The notes: a model not told the origin generated them from the letters alone. DNA of 57,657 nucleotides from an uncultured Azospirillum sp. (GCA_937960755.1 CALGOL010000245.1:1-57657), one strand, 5' to 3'. Shown: positions 18,784 to 29,865, numbered from the stretch's first letter. A program made the numbers and translations.

Positions 18784-21700
18784 CCAAGACTGTGACTCAG
18801 ATCGGATTGGGAATCCTCCTGTTTATGGGTAGCGCTGCTGGCGCGCAAACCAATGGAGGTACAGCGCCGCACCTGACACTGCGTAACGGCGATCCGTCGA
18901 CTTTCGAAGTGCGGCCGACCCCTACGACAAAAACCCAAACTGAAACCACTGGGGCGCCGATCATACTGACGATTCGCAACAACGCAGAAGGCTTCAGGTT
19001 GAACGCCGTTAACCCTTTGCCCTCGTCATGGGTCGGCCCCTACAAGCTCCACGTCGAGAGCGCCACAGGGGACGGACAGCGAATCACCCGTGACGTATCC
19101 ATTATTTATCAGCCACGGGTCGTGGCGGTTACGACGGCCCCGAGCGGCGAAATCCGGATTCCCGCCGCCCGATTCAGCTTCCGCAACGGATCGCGCCAGT
19201 TGCCGATCTTAACAGAAAACTGGACGCAAACCGACGGGCAGGCGCTCTCGGGAAGCCGTGAACTGCGGGTGTCGTCGCACCCGGACTCAACGGCGTCAGT
19301 CGTGATCGCCGGCGTGCAGGTCAATCCGGGCGATGTCGGCGTGGTCCTGGGCCAATATGATTTCACCGCGGCGCTCGGAAAACTGACCTTGCCGTTAATG
19401 GCCGCTGAAGACGGCAAGGAGGGGCAGGCAAGACTCTGGCTCACGACGGATGCGCCCGACAGCCAGGCCTTTGACTTGACGGTCCATTTGTGGGCGCCGC
19501 ATGTGGCGCTGGCGGCGGACAGATGGAACGTGCGTCAGGCCTTCGATGTCGCCGGCGTGAACGTGACGCCGCAGTCCGGCAACCGTTGCGATCTTACCAC
19601 GAACAAAACCTTTGCTCAGAGCGCCGACATTTTCAAGGCGCCGCGGTGCTTTGTCGAGTGGACGGGTTTGCCGGAGGGCATGGCGGCGGTGAGCGACGTT
19701 ACGCCGCGCGCTCAAGGTCGTTTGTGGCAGACGGGGGCCTTTCCGGTAGCTTACCGGGTCAGCCTGATTGATCCGGGGGGAACGCAGGTGACGCTTGGCG
19801 GCGGAACCGGAATGATCAATGTGGATTCCGCCGAGGGGTTGATTTCGTTTGCGCCGGCCCTCTCTTCGCTCGATTTTTATCGACTGGTTGAGCCGGTGAG
19901 CGCCTTCATGATGCAAAACGGCGGGCCGGCATGCGACACGATTGTTGATGCGCCGGGCGTAGTCTATCGCTCCACCGACGCTGTGGTGCGATGCCTTTTC
20001 AAATGGGATGCGACGCCGGACGGGGCTGCGCAAAGCCCGTACATCAATCGACCCTATTTGACCGGCTATCTTTCCACAGGCGGAAGCCAGGCGGCGGCAT
20101 GGTCGGTGGCGGCCATATCGCCGACGGGGGTTCGGGTATCAGTAGGCAGCGGATCCTTTTCGTTTCAGGTCGCCGAGCCGCCGGCCCCGGCAATCACCCA
20201 AGCCTTGAACGACCAGGTGCGGGACGGCGTTTACGCGGCGCCCCTTACCGGCGGATACGCCGGCGATGTGGTGATCGAAGGCCCGAACGCCGCCTATCAT
20301 GTGACGGTCAAGGAAGGCGAGCGAAGGGTTGACGACAGCGACTATGAAGCATGGCTTGCCGCGGATAACCGCAGGATCGTGCGGCGCATCAACGCATCTC
20401 CGGCCCCGCTTTGGAGCCTGACGCCCTGGTCTATCGATACGCGCTACGTCAACCTGCCGGCGGTAGGAGCGGTGGACGACTTCCGGATTTTCGCCGTGCC
20501 GGGGGATAACATCAAACCGGTCTTGAGCGTCGATCAAGCTTCGGCGCTCGACACCGAAAATGTGACCGTTACAGTCGCTATCAGGGATATCTACAATCAG
20601 GCCGCCGGTTATGACGCCGCCACGATGGGGCAATGGCGGGTCCGGCTCGGCAGATACCTCAATTACAATACGATCGATCCCATCACGGATTTTATTGAGG
20701 CTCCGAACGGTGAGGCGACGTTCACACTGCCGCCGGGAGCGCTGGCGGCAGGAACCCTGCGCCTGACGGCGGAAGCGGCGGTCATTTCCCCGGATCCCGA
20801 CTACACAAAATCGGTGTACGCCGTGAGGCCCGTCAGCTTGACGATTTTGCGGGGCGGCGCGATCGCCGCCAACGCAAAGGGCAGGCGATTGGCCGGACCT
20901 GCGCCGCTCTCCACGCTGCTTTGGGCCGAATTGGATGATCGTTCATTCCTCTCGGCCCTTGGAGATGTCGTCTGGCAAATCAGCGACGACGAAGGCGCTA
21001 CCTGGACCGACTGGCCGGGAGCCAAGGTCAATAAGCTCCGCTTGATACACACATTTCAGCGAGGTAAGTACAAGGTCCGGGCGACGCTGAAAAACCGTCA
21101 CAGCAGCGCCGCGTTCACGACAGAGGAAGTCGAGGTCGTCGCTTTCAATGTACCCGCCGTAAAATTGAGCGGCCCGGAAAATATTTTCGTCGGGCGCGCC
21201 GGCGATTATCATTTGGCGCTCAGCGGTAAGGAGCGCGGCGCAGGAGCCGGGGAAATCAATTTCGCTGATACGGAAATTCAATGGTCTACCGACGGCGGCG
21301 CCACATTCGAGACGGGCAACCAAGATATCTCCGTCTCACGCGCTACAGAGAGCCGGCTGGAGTTGATCGGTCGCGCTCGGCTTCTGGAAGCGCCGGCTGA
21401 TGAGCCGACCGCCTGGGCGGTCGCCAGACGCAGGGCCAATTTCGTAGCGGTCAAGCCGGTCAGGGTAGGGATCGTCGGGCCGTCGAAGGTGGAGTACCCC
21501 ATGAGCGGGACATTCCGCGGCGTCGCTTCTCCCCCGTACCAAAACATGGACGTCAGAATCTCCTCCGCGTGGACCCTCCCGGACGGACAGACATGGGGCG
21601 CCGCCGTCCTGAATTGGTCGCCAAGCGCGACCGACCGGGAAGCCGGACGCGCGACGTTGCGTTTCGGCGGTGAAATCGAAGGAGTGGACGGAACCGCCGC

Positions 21701-22553
21701 CGAAACCGGCAAAACCGTCAGCGTCTGGCAATATGTCTGGCCGGGGTTTCAAATCGCGCCATCCAAAGACTCGCAATACGCTCCCGCTACGGTCACGGCG
21801 CGGGCGAAACCGATAGGGCCGCCGACCGCGCCTTTAGAAGGACTGACGTTTGATTGGAGCTTGCCCTCGGGCTCCACCGTGCTTGAGGACGCCAAAGAGG
21901 ACTTGCGGGTGTTGCGAATTCCTGAGCCCGGCCTGCACCATATGTCCGTCGCTGTTCGTGACGCCCGGGGCAACAGCGCCACAGCCGCCGCTGAGGTGGG
22001 ATTGCTTGAACCTCCCGACTATTCCTTGGGTCTGAGGATCTATCCTGACAATGAGTTTTTTCGCGCTCCGCTCACAGCAACCATCCGAACCGATATCACC
22101 GGTGGGCACCCGCTCGACCGGGTCCAAGCCATAAAATGGACGGTGGACGGGCGCGATCACGATCAGACCGGCGGCACGATGCGATTTTTGCTGGAAACAG
22201 CGGGAGACCACGAAATCACAGCGACTGCTGTCACCAAGTCCGGCTGGACTTTCAGCCAATCGACCCTGGTCCACATCGTAGCAAACCAACCTCCATCATG
22301 CGCTGTTTCGATAGCGCAAAGCTCAGGCTGGTGGACGGTTGACGGTGATTGCAACGACCCCGATGGACGCATCGCCAAGTACGTCTGGACGCTGGACGGC
22401 GCGGCGCTGGCGGTGAACGCCCGTCGCATTTCCATTTCACGCACAGGGCGCACGACCCCGCCCGAAGTCACACTCACGGCGACCGACGATTCAGGTGCAA
22501 GCTCGGCGGTGATCACCGCGCCGCCCTCGGCGTTTTTGACCAACAGCCCCTGA
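18780..22553 (+). CDS. Large secreted Ig-like/PKD domain protein (IncC/IncHI big Ig protein-like)
   Basis: 1257 aa, signal peptide, beta-rich; PKD-like GDCNDPDGRIAKYVWTLDG and APATVT/APLTAT; located between traA and dsbC. Confidence 0.75.
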   Translation: MTKTVTQIGLGILLFMGSAAGAQTNGGTAPHLTLRNGDPSTFEVRPTPTTKTQTETTGAPIILTIRNNAEGFRLNAVNPLPSSWVGPYKLHVESATGDGQRITRDVSIIYQPRVVAVTTAPSGEIRIPAARFSFRNGSRQLPILTENWTQTDGQALSGSRELRVSSHPDSTASVVIAGVQVNPGDVGVVLGQYDFTAALGKLTLPLMAAEDGKEGQARLWLTTDAPDSQAFDLTVHLWAPHVALAADRWNVRQAFDVAGVNVTPQSGNRCDLTTNKTFAQSADIFKAPRCFVEWTGLPEGMAAVSDVTPRAQGRLWQTGAFPVAYRVSLIDPGGTQVTLGGGTGMINVDSAEGLISFAPALSSLDFYRLVEPVSAFMMQNGGPACDTIVDAPGVVYRSTDAVVRCLFKWDATPDGAAQSPYINRPYLTGYLSTGGSQAAAWSVAAISPTGVRVSVGSGSFSFQVAEPPAPAITQALNDQVRDGVYAAPLTGGYAGDVVIEGPNAAYHVTVKEGERRVDDSDYEAWLAADNRRIVRRINASPAPLWSLTPWSIDTRYVNLPAVGAVDDFRIFAVPGDNIKPVLSVDQASALDTENVTVTVAIRDIYNQAAGYDAATMGQWRVRLGRYLNYNTIDPITDFIEAPNGEATFTLPPGALAAGTLRLTAEAAVISPDPDYTKSVYAVRPVSLTILRGGAIAANAKGRRLAGPAPLSTLLWAELDDRSFLSALGDVVWQISDDEGATWTDWPGAKVNKLRLIHTFQRGKYKVRATLKNRHSSAAFTTEEVEVVAFNVPAVKLSGPENIFVGRAGDYHLALSGKERGAGAGEINFADTEIQWSTDGGATFETGNQDISVSRATESRLELIGRARLLEAPADEPTAWAVARRRANFVAVKPVRVGIVGPSKVEYPMSGTFRGVASPPYQNMDVRISSAWTLPDGQTWGAAVLNWSPSATDREAGRATLRFGGEIEGVDGTAAETGKTVSVWQYVWPGFQIAPSKDSQYAPATVTARAKPIGPPTAPLEGLTFDWSLPSGSTVLEDAKEDLRVLRIPEPGLHHMSVAVRDARGNSATAAAEVGLLEPPDYSLGLRIYPDNEFFRAPLTATIRTDITGGHPLDRVQAIKWTVDGRDHDQTGGTMRFLLETAGDHEITATAVTKSGWTFSQSTLVHIVANQPPSCAVSIAQSSGWWTVDGDCNDPDGRIAKYVWTLDGAALAVNARRISISRTGRTTPPEVTLTATDDSGASSAVITAPPSAFLTNSP

Positions 22554-22599
22554 ATGGAGAGGGCACGCCGAATGAAGTTAGAGCATTCGCGCCATCTCA

Positions 22600-22656
22600 A
22601 ATTACCAAAAATCGGCATTTATCGCGAGCGCGCGAGGACGAGAACTTCGCTAATCT
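22600..22656 (+). promoter_or_regulatory. Activator box and -10 of dsbC-traC operon
   Basis: AATTACCAAAAATCGGCATTT 22600-22620; TAATCT at 22651. Confidence 0.7.
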
Positions 22657-22691
22657 GTTTTGTGATTGAAGCTAAAACATCGAGAAACACC

Positions 22692-23444
22692 ATGCAACCC
22701 GAACCCCCTCAGCGCTGTCGGCGGATGGCGTCGGCCCTCCTGGCGCTGGCGACTATTGCGATTTTTCTCAACCCCGCATCAGCCCAAAGCCCGGCGTCAA
22801 GGACTAGGTCGGATCTGATCGGGCAAATCCGGGCGACCGAGAAGATTCCCGGCGGCGGCTTCGTCGCCGTCGAAAGCGACGGAGCCGACGGGCTGACTTT
22901 CCTGTCCGAAAATGGCCGCTATGCAATTGTCGGGACGATCTACGACGTGTGGACAGGCAAGCGGATCGGATCGATTTCCCAGCTGCGGGGCGAAGCGGCG
23001 CGGATTGATTTCGGGCGGCTCGGCATCAACATGAGCGACATCGGCGCACTCACCGTTGGTCGCGGCCCTAGACAAGCCGTGATCTTTGTCGATCCCAAGT
23101 GCCCATACTGCCATAAGGTGCTGGGCATGGCTGCAGCTCTTGGCGATGTCTACACCTTCAAGGTCATCGTGGCGCCGGTCCTGGGTAAAGAGAGTGAAAA
23201 CCTTACCAGGATCGTGTCTTGCGCAAAAGACGAGGCGGCTGCCGTTGCGGCGCTCATCAGCGGCCGGACCACGCAAATGCAAGCCCTTGAGCAATCGGGC
23301 TCGTGCGATCTGGCGAAAATTCAAAGACGGCTGGTGACGGCGCAGCTGCTCGGCGTCCGCGGCGTGCCGTTTCTGGTCGGGCCGGCTGGGATCACTTACG
23401 AAGGAGCGCCGAGCGATCTAAGGGCTTGGCTGGCTGGCTCATGA
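22692..23444 (+). CDS. dsbC: DsbC thiol-disulfide isomerase
   Basis: SENGRY, FVDPKCPYCH, PVLG, GVPF; precedes traC; start moved downstream of the promoter. Confidence 0.9.
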   Translation: MQPEPPQRCRRMASALLALATIAIFLNPASAQSPASRTRSDLIGQIRATEKIPGGGFVAVESDGADGLTFLSENGRYAIVGTIYDVWTGKRIGSISQLRGEAARIDFGRLGINMSDIGALTVGRGPRQAVIFVDPKCPYCHKVLGMAAALGDVYTFKVIVAPVLGKESENLTRIVSCAKDEAAAVAALISGRTTQMQALEQSGSCDLAKIQRRLVTAQLLGVRGVPFLVGPAGITYEGAPSDLRAWLAGS

Positions 23445-25870
23445 AAAAGGCGCTCAAAGGAGAACCGGCCGCCCAGCTGTTGACGCCGCTGGGCTACGAC
23501 AATGATAGCTGCCTTTTTTATTGCGCTGATCAATCCCTTGCGTTTGGCTTTGTCTGTCGCCCGCTGTCGGCCGGTGACGATAAGGTGGGCGACCGCCTGA
23601 ACGTGCTCCTCAAGGACGACTGGCCGCCCGACACGATCATGCAGTTTTGTCTCATCGGCTCGGACAACCTGCGAAGTGAATTGGCGAAAATGCTACATCT
23701 CCGGGAAGGTCTGAAAGACCCCTTCCTGGCCGAATTGATCCATCGGCGCGCGGCGTTTTTGGAGAAGGGCGCGCGCCGTCCCGTAGTTGAACGCACGGGA
23801 TTGCGGGTGCGAAATTTTCAGCTGGTGGTGACAGTCAAGATTCCACTAGGCCAGCCCATGCCAGGAGTCGCCGATTTTGAACTGGCGCGGAGCGTTCGCA
23901 TCAGGGCAGAGGCTGCGCTGCAATCGCTTGGCTTCCACCCCATCACGATGACGGCGCAGGGGTGGCTGGAGGTGATGGGGCCGCTTTTGAACCGGTCGGA
24001 TCTGGCGTCATGGCGCCGTGACGGTGGGGCGGATTACGACCCGGAAACAACCCTTGCCGCTCAGGTATGGGATTACGATTCTTGCGTGACTACTGATGAG
24101 AAAGGACTTCGTTTAGGCGTAAAAGATAACGAAAATTATGTGCGAACCTTTTCGATAAAGCGGATGCCTGCGCGATTGCCTTTCGGGGCTGCATCCAACC
24201 TGATCGGGGATTTATGGGAGGGCACCCGCGGAATCCGAACACCCTTCGCGTTGACGGCCAATTTATTCTTCCCCGATGCGCACAATACGAAGGAACGGAT
24301 AAATACAAATTCACAATGGGTTGACCATCAAGCTTTCGGAAACATGGTAAAATGGATTCCGAGGCTGGGTGAGCGTAAGCGTGACTTTGACACCCTTAAG
24401 AACTCGTTGAATGAAGGAGATAGGCCGCTTAAAATTTATCTTGGTCTTTCACTATACGCGGAGAGCGCAGATGCAATTGAGGCTGTGTCAGCCTCTGTTC
24501 AAGCTTATTGGAGCGAAATTGGCTTTTCATTACTACCAGATTATTTTATTTCATTACCGGCATGGCTGACGATGCTGCCGCTTGGAGGTGAAAAAGAGGC
24601 GGTGAGGGACCTCATGCGCCATAAAACGATGACATCGCGCCAAGCTGTACCGCTGTTGCCTATTTTCGGGGATTGGCGAGGCACAGGCTCGCCGATGTTC
24701 AATCTTGTTTCCCGGAACGGACAATTGATGTCTGTTTCACCCTATGATAGCGGCACCAATTTTAACCTTTGCATCGCTGCTGCCTCGGGATCGGGGAAGA
24801 GCTTCCTCACCAACGAACTGATCTTGTCGGCCCTGTCCATGGGCGGACAGGTGTGGGTGATCGACGTCGGTCGATCTTACGAAAAACTATGCGACATTCT
24901 CGGCGGCGATTTTGTCCACTTTGGGCAAGACACGAACGCAAAGCTAAATCCTTTTCCCCTCGTCGGCGCCTGGGAAGAAGACGAAGACGTTTTGGTCAGT
25001 CTGGTGGCGGCCATGGCGGCGCCAACCGACGGCCTTAACGATCTGCAGACGCAATGGCTTAAAAAGGCCATGCGCGAGATTTGGGATAAGATCGGCAAGG
25101 AAATGACCGTTCATGATATAGTTGAGCGCTTGAGGTCGGCGTCCGAGGTTGACGGCGACCTGAGACTAAGGGATATGGCCGATCAGCTCTATAGCTTTTC
25201 TAACAATGGACAATACGGGAAATATTTTAATGGAGATAATAATGTGACTTTCAAGAGCCGTTTTACGGTCCTTGAATTGGAGGAGTTAAAAGGGCGGCGG
25301 CACCTGCAGCAGGTTGTTCTTTTGCAACTTATTTTCCAGATACAGCAGGAAATGTACCTGGGAGAGCGCGGGCGCCCGAAAATCGTCATCATCGACGAAG
25401 CGTGGGATTTGCTCGGCCACGGCGATGTCGCAAAATTTATCGAGCATGGATATCGCCGCTTCAGAAAATACGGCGGGTGCGCCGTCACGATCACGCAAGG
25501 CGTCAATGACCTTTACGCAGCTGATACAGGCCGTGCGATTGTCGAGAACAGCGCAAACCTATACCTGCTCGGACAAAAACCCGAAGCGATCGAACAACTG
25601 CGCGGGCAAGGAAAACTCCCGCTTACCGACGGCGGCTATGAATTGCTGAAAACCGTGCACACGGACCCCGGCAAATATTCTGAAATCTTCCTGCTGACTG
25701 ACTACGGAAGCGGTGTCGGCAAGCTTGTGGTTGATGAATTTATCGCCCTTGTCTACTCGACAAATCACCATGATGTCGCCGCGCTGAAGCGCCTGCGAGA
25801 AGGGGGCCTCAACATCCACGAGGCGGCTGAGACGTTGCTGGCGGAAAAACGCAAAGGAATGCACTTATGA
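23441..25870 (+). CDS. traC: TraC VirB4-like ATPase
   Basis: SRNGQLM, AASGSGKS, VIDVGRSY, IIDEAWDLL, RRFRKYGG; ATG overlaps the dsbC stop. Confidence 0.95.
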   Translation: MKKALKGEPAAQLLTPLGYDNDSCLFYCADQSLAFGFVCRPLSAGDDKVGDRLNVLLKDDWPPDTIMQFCLIGSDNLRSELAKMLHLREGLKDPFLAELIHRRAAFLEKGARRPVVERTGLRVRNFQLVVTVKIPLGQPMPGVADFELARSVRIRAEAALQSLGFHPITMTAQGWLEVMGPLLNRSDLASWRRDGGADYDPETTLAAQVWDYDSCVTTDEKGLRLGVKDNENYVRTFSIKRMPARLPFGAASNLIGDLWEGTRGIRTPFALTANLFFPDAHNTKERINTNSQWVDHQAFGNMVKWIPRLGERKRDFDTLKNSLNEGDRPLKIYLGLSLYAESADAIEAVSASVQAYWSEIGFSLLPDYFISLPAWLTMLPLGGEKEAVRDLMRHKTMTSRQAVPLLPIFGDWRGTGSPMFNLVSRNGQLMSVSPYDSGTNFNLCIAAASGSGKSFLTNELILSALSMGGQVWVIDVGRSYEKLCDILGGDFVHFGQDTNAKLNPFPLVGAWEEDEDVLVSLVAAMAAPTDGLNDLQTQWLKKAMREIWDKIGKEMTVHDIVERLRSASEVDGDLRLRDMADQLYSFSNNGQYGKYFNGDNNVTFKSRFTVLELEELKGRRHLQQVVLLQLIFQIQQEMYLGERGRPKIVIIDEAWDLLGHGDVAKFIEHGYRRFRKYGGCAVTITQGVNDLYAADTGRAIVENSANLYLLGQKPEAIEQLRGQGKLPLTDGGYELLKTVHTDPGKYSEIFLLTDYGSGVGKLVVDEFIALVYSTNHHDVAALKRLREGGLNIHEAAETLLAEKRKGMHL

Positions 25871-26217
25871 CGACAAGCTCACCCTTGCGTTCTCTGGTGA
25901 CGGCGGCGGCAAGCGCGCTCGTCAGCGCGGGCATTTGCTTCGCCGCGGCCTACGGCCCTTACCGAAAGCTTGCCGACGAAATCGAAATGCGGCCACGGGT
26001 GCTGATCGTCAATATGGGGGACATCGCCCAAGCCGTCACCGCCGCCACGCCGGAAGCCGTTGATCGGGCGATGGCGGAGGCGCGCCGCAATATCGAAAGG
26101 CTCGTCGCCGCCGGCTGGATTGTGCTGGACGGACAAGCGGTGCTGGGAGCCCCCGACGACGCCTTCATGCGTGTGCGCCTGCAGCCCCCCACAGAGGCCC
26201 GGGGGGCCGGGCGATGA
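25867..26217 (+). CDS. Small transfer protein (TrbI-like slot after traC)
   Basis: N-terminal TM, LVAAGWIVLDGQAVLGAPDD; coupled to traC and trhF. Confidence 0.65.
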   Translation: MTTSSPLRSLVTAAASALVSAGICFAAAYGPYRKLADEIEMRPRVLIVNMGDIAQAVTAATPEAVDRAMAEARRNIERLVAAGWIVLDGQAVLGAPDDAFMRVRLQPPTEARGAGR

Positions 26218-26726
26218 CGTCGCTCGTAAAAAACGGTCGGGGAAGATTTTCGATTAGACTGATTGTCGTATTTTGCGGGATTGCGGTCGGCGTCGGTTAT
26301 CTCGCGGACAGATACCGGATCGGAATAGACCGGCAGGCGGAGACGTGTTTTCCGGGCAAACGCGTTTACCTGATTGATCGCTACGACAAGGGGCCGTTCG
26401 CCCGCGGCGATTTGGTGGCGCTCCGCGCCGCCGGCCTCGGGCCGATCTATCCGGACGGCGCAACCTTGATCAAGCAGGTGGCGGCGATTGCCGGCGATCG
26501 AGTGAGCGTGCGGATCAAGGAAACGACCGTCAACGGGCGTCCGGTCTGCTTTGGCCTCGATCTCGCCGACAAAATGGGATTGGCGGCGACAGATTTTGAA
26601 CGCGACGCGATTGTTCCCGAAGGCTTCATCTTTCCTACAGCCTCAGCCCGCAACAGTTTTGACGGGCGATACTGGGGCTGGGCCGACCTTGCTCAGGCTG
26701 TCGGTCGAGCCTGGTTCATCTATTGA
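26214..26726 (+). CDS. trhF: S26 conjugative signal peptidase TrhF
   Basis: RYRIGIDRQAETCFPG, LIKQVAAIAGD, SFDGRYWG. Confidence 0.85.
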   Translation: MTSLVKNGRGRFSIRLIVVFCGIAVGVGYLADRYRIGIDRQAETCFPGKRVYLIDRYDKGPFARGDLVALRAAGLGPIYPDGATLIKQVAAIAGDRVSVRIKETTVNGRPVCFGLDLADKMGLAATDFERDAIVPEGFIFPTASARNSFDGRYWGWADLAQAVGRAWFIY

Positions 26727-27826
26727 GGCCCATGTCACGGCGTTCCTTACACCAGCTTCTGAGCCTCGCCATGCTCGCCGTCGCGCCGACGCTGTCGTCA
26801 GGCGCAGGACAGGCGCAGCAGGAATCCTTCGACGACATGGCGGCTGAGATTACGGCCCGGTCTAAAGCCCTGCTGGATGAATCGGTCGGTCGCCGACTCA
26901 CCCGCGCCGGCGCGCCGGCGATCAGCGATCGATCCACTGAGGTGCTGGCGTCAGCGTCAATGGGCGACGCCGCACTTCGTCGCCTGTTTGAAAGCGTGGC
27001 TGGACGCGCCGACATCATCGTGGTTTTCCGCGGCGTCCTGCCGGGCGAAACCATCATCACGGCCATGCAGCGGATCCACGCTTTGTTGAATGGCCTGGAC
27101 CCGCCCCCCAATGTCGTAATCGACCCGACGAAATTCCGTTCGGTCGGCGCGACGGCGGCCCCGATCGTCGTGGTGCGGGAAGCCGATCGCATTGTTAGTT
27201 TCGCCGCAGGCCTGACGTCCGAGCAATATCTGCTGGACCGGGAACAGGCCGAGGAAACTGGCGACCTCGGCATCCTAGGGCCGACGGTTGAAATCGCCGA
27301 AGTCGATCTCATCGAAGAGATGCAGCGCCAGGCGGCCAATCTGGATATCACCGCCGCCCGTCGGCGGGCGGTCGAAGGTTTCTGGGAAACGGTTCGTTTT
27401 GAAGAATTGCCGACAGCCACGGATGACCGGATTCGAAAGATGGATCCGACAGTGACGGTCACGTCGCCGATCACGGACGCCGACGGCAAGGTGTTGATCT
27501 CGAGAGGCCACACAGTCAATCCGCTCGACCGCCTGCCGTTCACCACCAGGCTGTTGGTTTTCGATCCCCGCGAGCCCCGGCAGGTCGCGCTTGTGGCCAA
27601 GCTGGCGGAAGAGGTGAAGGGACGTCGCCGGGTGACGCTCACCATAACCGCCCTTGACCGGTCGAAAGGCTGGGAAGGCTTTCGCGACCTTGAGAACGCG
27701 CTGTCAGCGCCGGTTTACCTGCTGACAGGCGATGTGCGGGCGCGATTTCAGATTCAACGCACGCCGACCATGGTGGAAGCGCAAGGCCGCGAGTTCGTCA
27801 TCACCGAGTTCGGCATGAAGGAGTAA
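26723..27826 (+). CDS. traW: TraW (TrbC-TraW fused form)
   Basis: VFRG, IDPTKF, GDLGILGPTVEIAEVDLIEEM, DPTV, VNPL. Confidence 0.9.
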   Translation: MRPMSRRSLHQLLSLAMLAVAPTLSSGAGQAQQESFDDMAAEITARSKALLDESVGRRLTRAGAPAISDRSTEVLASASMGDAALRRLFESVAGRADIIVVFRGVLPGETIITAMQRIHALLNGLDPPPNVVIDPTKFRSVGATAAPIVVVREADRIVSFAAGLTSEQYLLDREQAEETGDLGILGPTVEIAEVDLIEEMQRQAANLDITAARRRAVEGFWETVRFEELPTATDDRIRKMDPTVTVTSPITDADGKVLISRGHTVNPLDRLPFTTRLLVFDPREPRQVALVAKLAEEVKGRRRVTLTITALDRSKGWEGFRDLENALSAPVYLLTGDVRARFQIQRTPTMVEAQGREFVITEFGMKE

Positions 27827-27830
27827 GGGA

Positions 27831-28859
27831 ATGGGTTTCCGGAGCCTCGCCGTCGCCGCGGCGGCATGTGTGATTCTGGCGACGGGCGCGGCGACGGCCA
27901 AAGACCCGGTGTGCCCGAACGCCGAAGTTTTTTCGGGCAAACTGATCACCGACATCTGCTGGACATGCATCTTGCCCATCCGCGTCGCCGGCATCCCGCT
28001 TGGGGGGAGCACCAGCCGGATACCGGCTGGGGCGACGAAAAAGGTTTTCTGCATCTGTAACGACCGGAAAGGTCTGCCCAAGCCAGGTTTGTCGATTTCG
28101 ATGTGGCAACCGGCCCGCATGATCGAGGTGGTCCGCAAGCCCGGCTGCTCGATGGCGCTGGGCGGCATCACCTTGCCCTTGTCCGATTGGCGGTTTATGG
28201 GGACGGACGGCACGGCGGATTATGACTACTCCGACAACGCCTTCTATCACGTCCACACCTACGCTTTCCCGCTGCTGGCCATGCTCAGCCTTTTCGCGGG
28301 GAGCAATTGCGTCGGCGACGGTTATCAGGATTTTGACCTGATCTTGATCACCGAAATCGACCCCACCTGGAACAATGACGAACTCGCGTTCTTCACCCAG
28401 CCGGAAGCGGCCATCGTCGCTAACCCGGTGGCCCTCAGCGCTTGCGTCGCCGACGGCGTGGGGTCGTCACTGGGAAAGCCGATTGACAGCCTGTTCTGGT
28501 GTGCCGGAACGTGGTCGGCGTCAATGTACCCCTTCTCAGGGCACAACAATGCGCTCGGCGGCGGGCTGATGGGCAACGCCAACTTCTTGGCCGCCCGCGC
28601 CGCGGCGGCGGCGCACCGCCGCGGGCTTGCCTGGCGCACCATGGGTGACGACGCCATGTGCGGCGGGCGCATTGATCCGATGTTCCCCAAATCGCAATAT
28701 CGTTGGAGCGCCTTCTTTCCCGTGGCCGAAGCGAACGGCGATCATGTGACCGGCGAAACGCCCTACCGCTGGGGCATGGGGCGGCAAATCCCGGCTGTCG
28801 GCGAAGACGCCCTGTTCATTCAGTGGCGCTGGATGGATTGCTGTTCCGGGTTGCTATGA
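27831..28859 (+). CDS. traU: TraU
   Basis: ITDICWTCILPI, WQPARMIEVV, TEIDPTWNNDEL, LFWCAG, WRWMDCC. Confidence 0.95.
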   Translation: MGFRSLAVAAAACVILATGAATAKDPVCPNAEVFSGKLITDICWTCILPIRVAGIPLGGSTSRIPAGATKKVFCICNDRKGLPKPGLSISMWQPARMIEVVRKPGCSMALGGITLPLSDWRFMGTDGTADYDYSDNAFYHVHTYAFPLLAMLSLFAGSNCVGDGYQDFDLILITEIDPTWNNDELAFFTQPEAAIVANPVALSACVADGVGSSLGKPIDSLFWCAGTWSASMYPFSGHNNALGGGLMGNANFLAARAAAAAHRRGLAWRTMGDDAMCGGRIDPMFPKSQYRWSAFFPVAEANGDHVTGETPYRWGMGRQIPAVGEDALFIQWRWMDCCSGLL

Positions 28860-29861
28860 CCAACTCGGCTCGGTGTCGGCATCTTCGCCGAAATCGGCAA
28901 ATCGGTCGTAATAGGGGCGCAGTTCCGGCGGCATGTCGGCGATAAAGTCCCGCTCGGTCAAGGAGTAGGTCGGCAGCGCTTGATGGATGCATTCGAGAAG
29001 CGCAACGCCTTGCGCCCGGTCTTTGGGTCTTTTGTTGGGATTGCGTTTTTCTTGATCCGACATCCAAAGCTTCTGAAGGGCGAACCAGCGCGGATCGGGA
29101 GCGATGACGCGCGCCGGCGACGCATCGCGGGCGACGACAACCCGGCTGACCCGACGCCCGAGCAACAGCCATTCCTGCTCGGGCAAGGGAATAGGAGCGG
29201 GACGGTCTTTTCGGGATAGCCGACGCGATGGAGCGGCCAGCAACTCGACTTCATAGGCGTCGGCGTTGCGCGCTTGGAAGCTGCGCTCCGTGTTGACGGT
29301 GTAGGTGCTGTCGACGGCTTTGAGCATAGACCAAACCGGGATATCGGCGTCAGCGACGTCGGCCGCCGCCAGCCACGCCAAGTCAAAGTCGTCGGTTTCG
29401 TCCGGCGCTCCGTCAATCCGACCGCTCATCTCCTGCCCATATGCGATCATGGCGTTGGTGCCGACCACCATAAGCTTGGAGCCGAGCAAGCCGCGCCGGT
29501 CGGCTTCGCGAAGGATTTTCGCCCCTTGCGACGGAAAAAGCGGGAGTTTCAGAGCGCGGTAAATCCGGCACGTCTGTTCCAGCGTTTTAGCGCTACGCCT
29601 GGCGCGCTCAACGAGGTCAGTCTTGCTCGCGTGATAACTATCATATGCCGCCTCATTTTCAGTCGTGCGCGGCCCGCGGCTCCTGCCGTTGCCTGTACGA
29701 TCCCTTATTTCATACAAATACTGCCGCCCGTTTACGGTCTTCCACTGCATCCCGTAAGGCAACTTTGCTAAAGACCGTTCAGCCTCCATCCACACGTCAT
29801 AGTGCTGCTGCAGATTGATAATTACGCGGAGCTGCTCGTCGTTAAACGGTATGACGCTCAT
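28854..29861 (-). CDS. GSU2403-family nucleotidyltransferase-fold protein
   Basis: YGMQWKTVNGRQYLY, MVVGTNAMIAY, ETDDFDLAW, APDPRWFALQKLWMS, RNPNKRPKDRAQ; start set at MSVIPF. Confidence 0.85.
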   Translation of the reverse strand: MSVIPFNDEQLRVIINLQQHYDVWMEAERSLAKLPYGMQWKTVNGRQYLYEIRDRTGNGRSRGPRTTENEAAYDSYHASKTDLVERARRSAKTLEQTCRIYRALKLPLFPSQGAKILREADRRGLLGSKLMVVGTNAMIAYGQEMSGRIDGAPDETDDFDLAWLAAADVADADIPVWSMLKAVDSTYTVNTERSFQARNADAYEVELLAAPSRRLSRKDRPAPIPLPEQEWLLLGRRVSRVVVARDASPARVIAPDPRWFALQKLWMSDQEKRNPNKRPKDRAQGVALLECIHQALPTYSLTERDFIADMPPELRPYYDRFADFGEDADTEPSWS

Positions 29862-29865
29862 GGAG

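Noticed and set aside
24090-24560. Lower-GC patch inside traC as an insertion
   Set aside because: The reading frame is continuous with ordinary TraC motifs and normal length; at most an old recombination patch.
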